Assembly (NCBI GenBank): GCA_024704765.1
Contig: JAKMXF010000021.1
Coordinates: forward strand, 1 to 64,000
Source: Oopsacas minuta
Taxonomy: Eukaryota; Animalia; Porifera
Reading direction: 5' to 3'
Length of the DNA: 64,000 nucleotides
The notes beneath the pieces are model-generated. The model saw nothing but the letters and a program-made list of their open reading frames with translations, was not told the origin of the DNA and did not search any database. The position numbers and the translations under genes were made by a program. Shown here in pieces: positions 37,911-51,478 of this stretch. Each line of letters opens with the position of its first letter. Position 1 is the stretch's first letter.

Positions 37911-39080
37911 CAGTGTGACACGATGAAATTGGGAAGATGTTTAGAGATATCTTCATTTTCTATAACTAAACTAACTATACAACCAACATACACAACTACA
38001 CTATCAAATCCACTAGTACTTAATCTTCTGACCGTGACTCTTCTTTACTATAACTACCCTTTTCCTCATAGATTTTCAATATGGCTTCAAAAATTCAATA
38101 GAAATGTTATCCAAGACTTCGTTGACTACACTGTCAAGCTAGTCAAGAGACTTGGGAGCTCTCAAATCCAGCTGGATTTTATCCAGGCCCATAGATTTTC
38201 AATTGGACTGAGATCCGGACTACAGGCGAGCCAATCCATTCTGATTATACCTTCCTTCTGCATGAAATCTTTGGAAATCTTGGAGGTATGCTTAGGATCA
38301 TTGTCCTCCTGAAAAATCCAACCATCAGGATAGAGAACTTGACTCTGAACTATTAAGCACTCGTTTAGAATTCGACACTACCCCAAACTAGTTAAATTTT
38401 CTCGAAATATCTTCAAAGGGAACGTGCCACGAGCAGAAAATGCCTCCTAAACATGAAGCTTTTGCGTGTGCTTGGAGGTGGGTTTCACTGGGTGTTCGTC
38501 CCTCTTGTACCACAGGCAGAACTTTCCTTGTGATAACTAAATGGACATTTTGTCGCTGAATACGACCTTCTCCCAATCCATAACACGCGTCTGTCCATAT
38601 GCTTCTGTGTGAGGAACGGAATTGGTTTGGCAACCTTTCTGGTGTCACAACCTCTTGAGTTTTTGTCTCACGCTCTCCCTGGAGTACGTATTCGAACGTG
38701 TGGTGTTGAATTTGCTTGTCAACTTCCTAATAGACTTTTGTTTGTTGTTTCGAGCTAGTTTGCCAAGTGAAATGATATCGTTCTTGCTGATAACTCTGCT
38801 TTTTCCGGAACCTCTCTTCCTCTCAATTGAAATCTCGGCTCGGAGTTTAGAAATTGTTTGATAAACTGTGCTCTTCGGAATGCCTGTGCGACAAGAAACC
38901 TCCATCGCATTCGTAATACCGGACAGGTATAAGGTCCTAACATGTCTCGGTGCATTTGCTCCATTATTTAGAGCTAGTTCGATATGAAATTCAAATGATA
39001 TGAGAATAATTTTCAACAAAAATAACAGAAAATATTTAAATATAATATACAATTTAGCTTTTACAATAGTTGGAATGAAA
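37911..39080 (-). mobile_element. Tc1 (DD34E) transposon, 5' TIR not found
   Basis: HTH ORF 38645-39109. QEDNDPKH-x-SPDLSPIENLW with 34-residue spacing. TA+CAGTGTGACACG end at 37909-37922. Confidence 0.85.
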
Positions 39081-39082
39081 TA

Positions 39083-40346
39083 CAGGGTAAAGCATAAGTT
39101 CTGCAACAAGTATAAAGTAGTATATTTCTTATTTTACCATAATAGTTGAAATTCGTAGTGAATTAGTGAATATACATACTAAGGATACGAAATTAATCTA
39201 GTTTTTCGAATGTATTGCCCTTTGCTGCGATACATAGGCTCAATCGCTTATAGAAATTATCGACAGCAGCACGCAACACGTCCTCACTGATTAAATCCCA
39301 CTCTCTTCTCAAGGAGACTTCAGACTTTCGACGTTCTTGTGAGGCTTTGCACATACTCTGGACTCTAAGATGGACCATATACAGAAATCCATAGGGTTTA
39401 GATCTGGAGAAGAGGCCGGCCATTCTTTAGTTGATATAAATTCCGGTACATTGAGTTTCAACCACTCAGATGTCATTTTAGCTTTGTGGGAGGGAGCGGA
39501 ATCTTGCTGGAAAACCCAATGCGTGCCATTGAAGTGCTCACAAGCCCAAGGCTTCAATGCATTGTCTAAAATGCTCTCTACATACACCTCTTTGTTAATT
39601 TTCACCCCTTTGTCAATGAACACCAGAGGTGTTCGACCATCAGAGGTAATAGCTCCCTAACCATGACCGATGCCGGTTTTTGAGTTCTTTTGATTGTGCG
39701 TATTGATGACGATATAGACTTTTGATCTGGAGCAAGAATTCGACCGTTTTGGCGATTATATGCCATTTCTACGGTAAAAATCTTCCCATCGGAGAAGACA
39801 ATACTCTGGTGCGTGCCACCAGTGAACATTTTTCTCAGAATCAGACATTTTTCATACCTACGCCTCTTATTCACCTCAGAAATTAACTGTACCTCTCTAA
39901 ATTTGTAGCATTTCAAGCCTAAATCCTCTTTTACTATCCTCGCCATGCTTTGGATGCTTCTAACAGGATTCTTCCTGACCCCATCCCGGACGAGCTTCCT
40001 AACAGCAGGAGTACGAACAGAACGAGGTCTACCTTTTCTGAACATGTCCTGGGTACTGCCAGTCTCCTTGTAACGTTTGATGGTACGGTAGACTATCCAT
40101 CTGTTTATGGACAGTATTTTTGATATTACGGAGGATGCCTTGCTTTCACTATGACACAAGATTATCATTGACCGTTTTGCTTCTTTGTCCATAAATCAAA
40201 AAAATTTTTCTAGTAGGACTCAATACTCTAAATATTGTTTAAAAAGATATTGAAGATAATATATGATAAATAAATATCCACTTAAAACCATTCGCAGAAC
40301 CTCTAGCTTAATTTAAATTTTTGTTGCAGAACTTAGCCTAACCCTG
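39083..40346 (-). mobile_element. maT-type (DD37D) transposon, full length, frameshifted ORF (~39196-40192)
   Basis: TIR CAGGGT(AA/TA)..C.TAAGTTCTGCAACAA with TA duplication at 39081-2 and 40347-8. QQDSAPSH...SPDLNPMDF has 37-residue spacing. Confidence 0.93.
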
Positions 40347-40426
40347 TACATTGGCAGTGTTAGAAAAGAATTCTAAAGAGTACATGTGTATAGACATGTG
40401 ATATATCTACGAATACAACGAGTGGA

Positions 40427-42064
40427 ATGGACTTTAGAACATATGGTTACGTTATAACAAGCAAAATAACCAGAATGATTGGAGCAGATGCAGTAAAAAA
40501 ACTAAGTTCGCTGTCAATTTCAGATAACACTGTTCAGCGCAGAATTCAAGAAATGTCAGAGGATATTAAGAACCAAGTTGTGGAGCAAATCAAACAGTCA
40601 CCCATCTTTGTTTTGCAATTAGATGAGTCAACTGATATTTCTTCTTGTGCTCAGCTGATGATATATGTACGTTATATCCACGATTCTAACTTCAAAGAAG
40701 AGTTCCTGTTTTGTCAGCCACTTGATTCTCAAACACGTGGAATTGATGTTTTCAACAAAGTAGATACCATTTTGTAAAAGAAGGTCTCGATTGGAAAAAA
40801 GTTGGGGCTGTTTGCACAGATGGCGCTCCTTCTATGTTGGGGAGCCATTCTGGGTTCCAGACACGCGTTAGACAGTATGTCCCAGATGTGAAAACAAATC
40901 ACTGTATGATTCACCGAGAAACCCTTACAGCGAAGACTTTGCCAGCCTCGCTAAGTGTTATCTTGCAGGAGGTAATTAAAATAGTCAATTTCGTTAAAAG
41001 TAGCGCACTCAACACTCGTCTCTTCAGAAATCTTTGTTTAGATATGGATGCTGCGCATATGAATCTGTTAAATCACACTGAAGTTAGATGGCTTTCAAAG
41101 GGCAATGTTTTGAAACGTGTTCTAGACCTCAAGGAAGAAACAACAGAATTTTTAAAACTCCAAAAGCGGACGCATTGGCATGATTTATTCGTAAATCACG
41201 AATGGATTACTAGACTTTGTTATCTTTTCGATATTTTTGAAAGACTCAATACTCTGAACCTCTCATTGCAAGGTAAAGATAGTAATATTATGGATTTTGT
41301 AGACAAGCTTTCTGCCTTTCAAGCAATGCTTGACCTCTGGAGAAACAAGATAAATGGTGGTAGGATTACAATGTTTTCTCACCTCTGTAGCTATGTTGAA
41401 GATTGCGAAATTAGTATCAGCGAAGCTTTGCAAAATGACATTGCAACGCATTTGCAATCACTTAAAGATGAATTCTCTAGATACTTTCCAGAAACAACAA
41501 AATCCAAATTTAATCTTGTTCGAAATCCTTTTCTGGCCAAAATAGATGACAGCATTCCTGATAATCACGATGCAGTACAGGAGGATTTCATCAAACTTGT
41601 AAATGATTCAGGAGCACAAACATTATTTCCAAGAGTTGATTTGCCATCTTTTTGGAGTTCTATGCTTGGAAGCTATCCAATAGTATCACAGATTTCCCTG
41701 AAGTTACTCATGTCATTCCCATCAACTTATTTGTGTGAAGCGGCTTTTTCTAGCATGCTAGTAATCAAAACTAAGGCTAGAAATAGACTTGATGTCAAAC
41801 CAGATCTACGCTGCTGCTTAGCAATAACACAACCTAGAATTCAAAAGCTAGTTGATGAAAAACAACATCAAAAATCACATTAAATAATCATGTGTGATGA
41901 TTATTAGTATTGTAGATGTGGTAAATTTAGATTAGAATAATATATCCAAGTTGAGAACATACATTTTGAAATTTACGTTTTGGTTATGCCTTCATCGGGT
42001 GGGGCGCGAACGCTTTAAAAAGTTGGAAAGTGGGTCGTGGTCAGAAAAAGGTTGAAAACCCCTG
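40427..42064 (+). mobile_element. 5'-truncated Charlie/Buster-type hAT (ZBED5/SCAND3-like transposase, disrupted)
   Basis: Motifs SDNTVQRRI, LQLDESTD, CTDGAPSM, HCMIHRE, VRWLS and STYLCEAAFS. 3' TIR AAAAAGGTTGAAAACCCCTG ends at 42064. Confidence 0.9.
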
Positions 42065-42199
42065 CACCAGCCCAAATTTAACAGAATTCTAGGGACGTGA
42101 AATAACGCGACGGTCATCATTTTAAAAATTCTATCTGAGCCTCCTGACATTTTTGAAATTTAAATTTTCTAGAAAATTGATTTTTTGTGTTTTCTGATA

Positions 42200-42900
42200 A
42201 TACATTACAGCAACAATGAATAACACAGAGAAGCTTTCGATTTTCTCAGCTCCCAAACTCCAGTTAGAGCGGCAAGTGATCAATTTATGTAGTCTTTCCA
42301 ATTTCAAGAGAGCGATATTTACTGACTAAGGAGGAAATTCGGAGCCCTTAAGTCTGACAGACATGCCCTCCAAAAGAACAAGGACTTAGTATCTTCGAAA
42401 GAGATACGATTTCATTCCTTGGAAATTGATTGTGCTCTGAAAAAGAGAATTTCCAATGATCGTGTAATAATTGAGCTGATTTATCCACTAAAATAAGTAA
42501 ACCTCTATCTCAATTAAATACCAAGGGATTAAAAGTCAGATTAGCTCCTTTGCTAAACCACCACATAGAAATAATTGCCAGAAGAGAAGAAGTTGATAGA
42601 AAAACCTACGCTTCTCTAGCTCTACAGTTTGTATCTAACCTGACACATCACCATAAAACGTTCTATTTGCAAAGAAATCATTTCGTAAGGGTCTTTTGAC
42701 AATGCAAACAAATACATACCTATTAAGAAATGAATATTTCTCATTGACAAACTTGAAATGGGAAAACGAAAGTACATTGATCTCAAAAGAACTTTGAAAT
42801 CGGAGAATGTTACTTCCCGTCCAACAAAGATGTGGCTCAATATCGATCTGAAATACGTTCAGTAATGAATTACAGTTCGTTCTCAATGAAAATCAGCTTA
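42200..42900 (+). pseudogene. Fragment of a second, divergent RAG1-like/Transib transposase (NBD/DDBD region)
   Basis: SKPLSQLNTKGLKVRLAPLLNHHIEIIARREEVDRKTYASLALQFVSN and FLIDKLEMGKRKYIDLKRTL...FPS align by eye with the 34.5-34.9 kb protein (RQNLDGLSLQQQRTRLSSLLDCI...; FLLDLIEVGRRKYTQLRQTL...FPS). Confidence 0.65.
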
Positions 42901-43099
42901 TCATATAGGGTGTTAAGAAATTGATGCTCTAGTCACTAAATCTACAATAATGTAACCATAGTTTCAGTGTTGACTCTTATGAAATACACAAACTCATATT
43001 TCATTTTGACAACCAATTTAGACAATTTTAGTATATCACTCTCAGTCAGAATGCCAATTTCTATTTAGTATATTATTAAACCTGATTGGACAAATTATA

Positions 43100-43460
43100 G
43101 CATACACTAATGATCAGAGAAGCTAGTTCCGCCACAAGAAGCAGGGCAGTCGGAGTGTATTGCGTGGAATGACTCAAAAGGGGTTTCATAGAGCTTAGGA
43201 GTAATTATTTGAACAATTCGACGTTGGTTGAGCCGCAATAAGTCAGGATGTTCCCACGAAAACAAGCATGGACGCGGACGCAAATCCAAATCCCAAAAAT
43301 TGCTAAAATCGTCATTACAAAACCGATTAGCAAAAGACATCAATCAACGCGGAGATTGGTTAAGCGCTTACACACCAAGGGATAGCCAGGGTCTCATGTA
43401 ACAGTACATATAGATAAAGAAGCAATCGAACTGCGCGCATCCCTAAACTCTTGCTGAATT
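43100..43460 (+). pseudogene. Tc1-like transposase N-terminal (HTH) fragment
   Basis: Frames give HGRGRKSKS and RHQSTRRLVKRL...HVTVH, typical of Tc1 paired HTH. No catalytic domain follows. Confidence 0.5.
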
Positions 43461-46193
43461 CCAATGAAATTGTAAATTATGAATAGTTAGATTATTAATA
43501 AATTGTAAAAGACGATTAATGAGTCGTTGCCAATATAAAGGGCAAGTGGTGCATATATGTATATGTTCAGAATTGATTGAAGAAACTTGGAGACTGCTTT
43601 AAGGCATACAGGGGAATTTTGGGCTTGGCTCAGACAAGTTCGAGACTTGAACGAAAATTAATAATTGTGAACAAATTATGATGTCATTGTGACATACTGG
43701 GATTTCAAAAATCACATTCTAGCCACTGCTCAGCCTTCAGATAATTAATTTTTTGGATAAAATGGTGTCGAAATTGGAAAAGAAGAAATGACTACTTGCA
43801 GCGATATAGCAATAAATGAATTTATTGACAGGAAATTGAAGGATAATGTCGTTTTGAGAGATGATAATCAAAATAAAGTGGTCGTTGCAGACAATTCGTA
43901 ACATTTTGACAAGGCAATCCAAAAAAGTGAAGAACAAATCACGAAGTAGGAGAGAAATTCCATTGATATGCAGATATTGGCAATGAGATTAAACCTTTGG
44001 GCGGTCAAATTTTGTCCATCTACAGACATTACTGATTCAAAGATTATAAAGAAAATGAAATGAATCTCCACAACCAAATCACTTGAAAGCGAACTTAGTA
44101 TAACAGACCTAAATACTAGTGGCACCAAGTTAGTCAATATATATTATTTAACAAAGTGAAGAAAAACAGAACGTAATAGAATTGTAGGGAGTAATATCAA
44201 AGTGCTTATCAGAAAATCAATAGTGCTGACTCAACTACAGGATTATCGGCATTTTACATAAAGCAAAGAAATGATTAAATCATAGAATAAAGAAAATTAT
44301 TAAGAATGTGAGATAGGAAAGGTCAATCATCAAATCATCGAATATTGGGGAAAGTCAATAAAATAAAATTGATTGGAACCAAAAAATTGTATCTAAATGA
44401 CAACTGCAATGCAATGAATAAAAGTTGCTAAGTACTCTTTAAATTCATATTGTTCTTATGAAAAAGTATTGAGCTACAATAATTATACAGAGCAATAATT
44501 TTGAAAATGCTCAATCAAAGGAGACATAAATTGAATATTTAGAAAAAGTGAGTAAATTTCACATATCCAGATTGCACTATGTCGTTTGAGTAAAAGTTTC
44601 ATTAAGGTACCAAAATACCCAGGAATGTGGTTTGAGTGATATGTTCTCTTGGGTAGCATAAACCCCAAAATGTCGTTGGCGAAATAATGGCTTTATAGAC
44701 TTAAAGTACTATATGCTCAATAAGAATTGAATATGAAAGTATTGTCAAGGTAGTTTAGAATTCTACGGGTTATGATTGTGAAGTTCAATAGAATGAATGA
44801 TAAAAAGTATTGTTTGAAGTTAAGTTCTGTAGAGAAGGCAAAAGTGGTATCAATATAGCTGTCACGTGACAATTCTGGGAAGGTATTCGAATTCTTATGA
44901 TAAATTGAGTTCAGGGATCACAAGAATTGGGAATATATTCGGTGAAACAAATATTCAGATCTGAAAATTATGAAAAAGTATTGGACTCACTTAAATATAT
45001 ACTGCCATAAATAAAGGGTAACTGTGAACTAAACAACATAATTGTGGAAGACAGCTCGAACAAGTCAATCGACATCTGCAAAATATAATTGAAGACATCA
45101 ATATCAACCATTGAGTCTATTAAACGAGACAAGATTCGCGTTTGTATTTTCCTGTGGTTGTAATCATGTGATAATTTGAAATCTTTAGAAATCCTAAAAG
45201 CAATAAATTGTCATATTACAGTGTATATTCGATAACTCGAACCCTCTAAATCTGGTTGAGATAGTGGATGTCGAGTTAACAGATGCGAGAAGTACTACGT
45301 ACTTGTAACACAGTGGGAAAATAGGCAGAAGTTGAGATATATTTGACCTGCTTACCATACTCAATAATTTCAGAATGATATCTTTCCCATAATTCAAAAT
45401 TTTATACTAGTGGGTCTTCAGCTCATTGAGTTATGGTAAATACTTAAGAATGGAAAAAATCAATTTTCGAAAATAACAACACGTGGTTTTACAATCAATT
45501 CAAAGAAATGATTTATTTCATATTGTGCATATGAATGATTGCACTAAACCCTACATGATTGTGTATTCAAATCTAGAGTGCCTATTGAAATTATAAGATT
45601 TGGATGTGATTCTCAAACTTTTCAAATATTGGTTGGAAATCGGGTGGAAATATCCGTTTCGGACATGTTTGCACCTTCCATCCAAGGTCCTAAACTAATC
45701 GTGACCAGTTGTGCCAGATAGTTTATACAAATATATAGGAAGCTGAACATAATGACACAAATATTATATGACTTCTAGATACACTCAGGGTATTCGACTG
45801 CATACCACCACAAAATTTGGAAAATCAATTCATTTTGAATATATTATTTAGATAAAATCTAATAAATATGGATTATCTTGGCAAGGATTTGTTCTATTCA
45901 TTTCTAAACCCTCACCCGCTGGCCATTTAACATAGTATCCATGGGATAAATCTGCAAACTATACGAGGATGTTAGCAAATTATGAAAACGAACTGTATCT
46001 GCATTCCATTGATTTCCTGATTTGTTATTAGCTATTTTACCTTACCTAATACATATTCCAATCTAACGTCGTTATGATCTTCTCATAATACAATAGATTG
46101 GGGATATAAGAGTGGAAATTCGGATTTATCGAAAGTTTCACCACAATATCAATTCATTTGTATAACTCATGGGTTTTCAAAATTCATATATTA

Positions 46194-48477
46194 CACAGCC
46201 CAACATAAATGAAACACATTTTGGAGCCTCAGGATTTGGCCCTATTTTAGAGTATATTTGATTTGCTGATTTCAATACTAGCATTGGTTTTCCTTCATCT
46301 GCTCTAGTATTTGAGTTTGAATATATACCCTTAAATACAAATTCGCGTTTAATGTAGGCTTAATTTGGGATGGTACCCTAAGTATATCATGTTTCTTTAA
46401 TAAATCAAAACAATTTTGTGCCTGACTTAAGAATTGAAACATTGCGCCTTTCATTTATTCTAGAACTTAATCATGCATGGTTAATTTGTTGGATATAATT
46501 GTTATCATATAATATTGATTTCCATTTCAAATACTAATTTGTTATTGTTGTATTACATGGTTTCGTCACGAAGAAGTTGTTTGAATAATCCAAATGTATT
46601 CTGGTATATATGTGGTAGCTATGCTATGAAAAAACAGCAAAACCTATTTCTGACTTAGTTAAGAAGGCATATCTTGCTTATTTTGGAGTGAAGCTTGGAA
46701 ACCAAGATAAACTATGGACCCAACACATAGTATGTAAAACTTGTACGAGCATCTGGGGCAATGGACCAGTGGAAGAGGAGAAGTCTGAAGTTTGGTATAC
46801 CAATGGTTTGGGGAGCCAAAAAACCATTATGATGATTGTTACTTCTGCATTGTCAACATCAAGCGCATCAATTGTAAGGATAAGAGTAATTGGACACATC
46901 CTGACCTAGAGTCAGCGAGACGACCTATTCCACACTCAGATGAGATGCCCATTCCGGCTTCGAGCCTTCATAAATGATTCAGATATCCCTCATGAAGCAG
47001 AATCTTATTCGAGTAATAGTGATTTTAAAGATACTTCATCAATGCCCCCCCCCCAACGCGTTGATCAACTCGAACTGAATGATCTGATCAGGGATCTTGA
47101 CCTCTCGAAAGAATCTTCTGAAGTAATGATATCCAGGTTGAATGGCAAAAATTTACTCCATCCTGGAACCAAGATTACATATTATCGTAACAGAGAACAG
47201 TCTTTACTGCCTTACTTTTGCAACGACAATGGTCTACTTTGGTACAATGATGTTCGAGGTCTTTTAGGAGAATGGGGTACCAGAATACAGTCCAAATGAA
47301 TGGCGCAATTTTATCGACAGTTCTACTAGTAGTTTGAAATGTGCTTTGCTCCATAATGGGAACAAATATACTTCTATTCCAATTCATAACCCAACTAGTA
47401 TGAAGGAGGAATATGAGTCAATCAAACAAGTTTTGGAGAAACTGAAATATTATGTTCATCAATGGGTGATTTGCGTTGACTTAAAGATGGTTAATTTCTA
47501 CTTGGCAAGCAAAGTGGCTACACAAAATACCCATGCTTCATTAGTCTTTGGGATAAGCGAGCAAGAAATGACCACTGGACGAGAAAAGATTGGCCCTTGA
47601 GAAATAATATGATAGTGGGAGAAATGGACATCATTAACAAACCTCTGATTATAAACAGGGAAATCTCATTCTTCCACCACTGCATATCAAACTGGGCGTC
47701 ATGAAACAATTCGTCAAAGCTCTGAATAAAGATGGTTCTTGCTCCCATTATCTATGCAGTTAATTTCCTGAACTTAGCACCGAAAGCTCAAAGCTAGAAT
47801 ATTTGATGGCCCCAAGATTAGAAAGCTCATTAAAGACACATGTTTTATTAGTTCTATGAATTACACTGAATCTGAAACTTGGTCCGCATTTCAATTAGCC
47901 ACACAAATATTTTTGGGAAACTACAAAGCAGAAAATTTCGCTAAATTAGTAGGAAACAAGCTCTCGAAATTCAATAATATTGGCTGTAAGATGGACATCA
48001 AGGTTCATTACCTCCATAACCATTTAGATCATTTCCCGGCTAACCTTGGTGACCTAAGCGAAGAACAAGGAATAAGGTTCCATCAAGACATCAGGGTAAT
48101 GGACGAGAGGTACCAGAGAAGGTGGGATATCCACATGATGGGATATTGATTTTGGAGTCTTCAGCGAGATTGTCCAGGCAAATCTCACTCAAGGGTGTCC
48201 CGGAAGAGACGCTATTTAGACATTGATTGATTATTTCTACTGTTGATGGAATTTTCTGTATACATTACCACTCTTGAGATAATTTTTATGCTAATAGCAA
48301 AAATTCTTAACATAAATATTCGTGTATGTAGATAATATAGTAATTAATTAGTTTAAGTCAAACGGGGATATATTTCAAAAACAATAGCTGATTTATCAAA
48401 ACTGAAGGATTTTTCGACCCAACTTACAAAATATACCCCAAAAAGGTCAAATTTCCAAGGCTGTTTTCCTCACTATG
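46194..48477 (+). mobile_element. Chapaev-3 (CMC superfamily) transposon, degenerate (ORF ~46557-48230)
   Basis: Chapa-type zinc finger (SCLNNPNVF.YICGS; LG.QDK.W..HIVCKTC; W.EPKNHYDDCYFC), then LLHNGN, WVICVDLKM, LHIKLG.MKQFVKAL, DGP.IRKL and DLSEEQG.RFHQD. Degenerate inverted similarity at both ends; exact left terminus uncertain. Confidence 0.8.
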
Positions 48478-49546
48478 GTACAATAAGATAATGAAAGTTC
48501 ATTTAAAGGGGCATTCAAGTTCCAAGTTGACTGTAAAAACAAATATATCGGAAGAGTTTAATTTAAACATTTTAGAATGCTATTGCTCAGTTGTAAAGAA
48601 TGTGGAATTTAATACATCATCGGTATGTTGTTACTCTCAATCTTTTCAAAAATTTCCCCGCAAAGAAATAGTAAAAATAAACTGTTTCGAATGTTAATTC
48701 AGATATATGTATTCGCAAGAGGTGCATGAAGAACAACACTAACATTAAGATTGATAGAAATTTTCACAGGGTTGACAAAGAAGAAAATTTAATATTGTAA
48801 CAAAGTATACCCAAATTACCAATTTAATCATAAAATGAATTCGTAATTATAATTCCCAGACTAAGGGCAAGGGCTAGTATTCTTTCCATTCGCATTTTTC
48901 GTATAAACTATCTTACAAATTTTGAAAATACAAAGATTTGGGGAAGAAATTATCACATTGATGCATAATGTTTTACAGCGGAACTTTCATAAAAATTACC
49001 TTTTTATTCAAAAGATGAATCACAATGGGATCAGTGAGATCTGATAACCACTGTATTTTCATGAATAAGCGCATGGACACATATATAAGTGGATGAGAAT
49101 ATCCTGCGTGTATTAACGGAAATAAGGTATGCATGTTTCTGTATCAAAAGGAGTATTAGTAAGAGGGTCAGGGGGGAATATTTAGTAATGGAAGAATGAT
49201 ATCATCAATGATACTGTAAGAACGCACCTTGAAAAGGGCGAAGTTACGATAGTCGAGGTACTAAAACATTGCTTCCCTTTGAAACTAAGAAGCAACTGAA
49301 AATTATTAAGAGTGAAAACTTGCTAGCAATATAAGAGAAGTAAATATCATACAAAGAAATTCTTAGATTGATTTTCTGAAAATCTCTTCCGGATGTTATA
49401 AAAATAACTTTGCTCATGAAATATGTATGATGGTAAATTTATCAAGATGCTTAGAATACCAATAAAATATCGACACATTGACATAATATTGAAGAATTTC
49501 GGATTTCTTAGATTTCTCATACAAAAACTATGTCTACTAATTAAGA

Positions 49547-49695
49547 CAGTGGTCATCAATAAGTGGTCAATGGGCCCTTGGCGGTCACAGATGACCTCAA
49601 GAGGTACATAAGATCTATTGCAGTCTACGGAAGGGGTCCAAAGACTGTGATAGAATTGTTAAAGGGGATCCATTGTGAAAAGGTTGGAAATACTG
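49547..49695. mobile_element. Degenerate Charlie-like hAT MITE
   Basis: CAGTGGTCATCAA ... AAAAGGTTGGAAATACTG with an internal GGGGTCCA motif. TSD only 5/8 matched. Confidence 0.5.
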
Positions 49696-50566
49696 ATTCA
49701 AGGACTAGTACAAGAAAGAAATTCAAAATAATATCTTGGATGATTACACAAGATCTATTGTTATATTCTAATGATAAGAGAAAAAATATTCCAATTCATG
49801 AGTAAATATTCTAATATCAAACCTATTTCAAGAAACTCTAGCACAGCATTATATGAGGGTACACAGTTTACCGTTCAAAAGCCATTTGGTTCCGAAACTC
49901 TGGTTACAGACATAAGACTTTGGTTGCAAATTTCAATTTCATTAAGATAAGCACTTGGGGTTCTAGGATTACGGTTGGTGTACAGTATTTTAACCCTGGT
50001 AAAGAAGTGTCAATTTTGGGAGGAAGTATGGTATTAAAATATAAAATAATAAATAAAGGTTATTGTTTAGTCAAACAAAAGTTAAACAAAAATATATCCT
50101 ATGTATAACACCCTTATCAAGTCAAGACATATAATAGTATCTGATATAAATCAAACATCAATTCAAACTAATAAGGTAAGAAATAGTCACCAATTATGGA
50201 GAAATCTACACTAGTATTGCCATATTAACCGAACTTTGGTCAGTATGAAATCACTTACGGTAGGACGTAACATAGGCGAGGGCCAGGTTCAGAAATGGAC
50301 CAGAGATATGTGATTATGCCAACAAAGATACACGGTGACTATATACACCAATCATGGCAAAAGTGGTCCTGGGCAAAATATAAAAAGATTCTGTGGATAT
50401 TGAAGATTGTAAATGATAGCTTGTACAGATTATTTAAGAAATATGAATATTCAAAATGCTGTAAAATCATTTTTGGGTGTGCAATTAAATTTTGAAAAGT
50501 AAATTGTAAAAACACAATATGCTAAAATCTCAGGAATGTGTTAAAATAGATTCAAGTAAGCATAAA

Positions 50567-51478
50567 CAGTCAGGGGACAAAAGTATTCGAACACACAAAT
50601 ATATTGTCATAAATTGTATACTCTTTCCCGCTCCTATATATTATGTGGTCTATATTCGTAGCTGCTATCTAGTAATTTGTATAGAATAACATATGTTTTT
50701 CACGAATTTCAAAAAATATTTTCGACTTACACTTTGTGAAGGTATTAATTATTAATAATTATTAGATAATTATTGGTAATCAAATATGTGATAATTCAAA
50801 GCCTATTAAGAATCTATGATTTCTGACTTGATAATTGAATTCTACGTAGGCGAGTTACCCGAGATTGAAATTTCCAATCGGATTAAACAATTTTTACCAA
50901 AGTTATAGAAGAATTTCAATTTGTCCCACTTGTGCACTTTTTTAAAAAGTGGAACAGGTGGCATGAAAAAGCGCCACTACAAGGAAATCAACTAGGGTTA
51001 GGAGGAATAAGTCGAAATAATATTTTTGAATATTATGACTATGCTAACCCTTGAATTACAAAACAACCTCTTGGTAGCGGCCACTTGTGCCACCTTGGGC
51101 AAAAGGTGGTACAAATGGCACAAATTGAAATTTATCTATAACTCTGGTAAAAATTGTTCAATCCGATTGGAAATTTCAATCTGGGGTAACTCGCCTACCT
51201 AGAATTCAAATATCAAGTCAGAAATTATAGATTCTTAATAGGCTTTGAATTACCACATATTTTGAATATCAATAATTATCTAATAATTATTCACAATCAA
51301 CACCTTCAAAAAGTATAAATCGAAATATTTTTTTGAAATTCTTGAAAAACATATGTTATTCTATAAAAATTTCTAGATAGCAACTACGAATCTAGACTAT
51401 ACAATATATAGGAGCGGGGAAGAGCCTACAATTTATGACAATATATTTGTGTGCTCGAATACTTTTGCCCCCTGACTG
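50567..51478. mobile_element. Palindromic Tc1-derived non-autonomous element with ~400-bp inverted arms
   Basis: Arms start CAGTCAGGGG(A/G)CAAAAGTATTCGA and remain alignable for about 400 bp around a ~100-130-bp core. TA on the right flank, AA on the left. Confidence 0.9.

Noticed and set aside
42622-42886. Minus-strand ORFs with apparent GT-AG intron as host exons
   Set aside because: The plus-strand frames match the RAG1-like transposase much better, so the minus ORFs are antisense shadows.
43800-44150. Penelope-like reverse transcriptase remnant
   Set aside because: Only faint similarity, with no YxDD, GIY-YIG or hammerhead motif seen.
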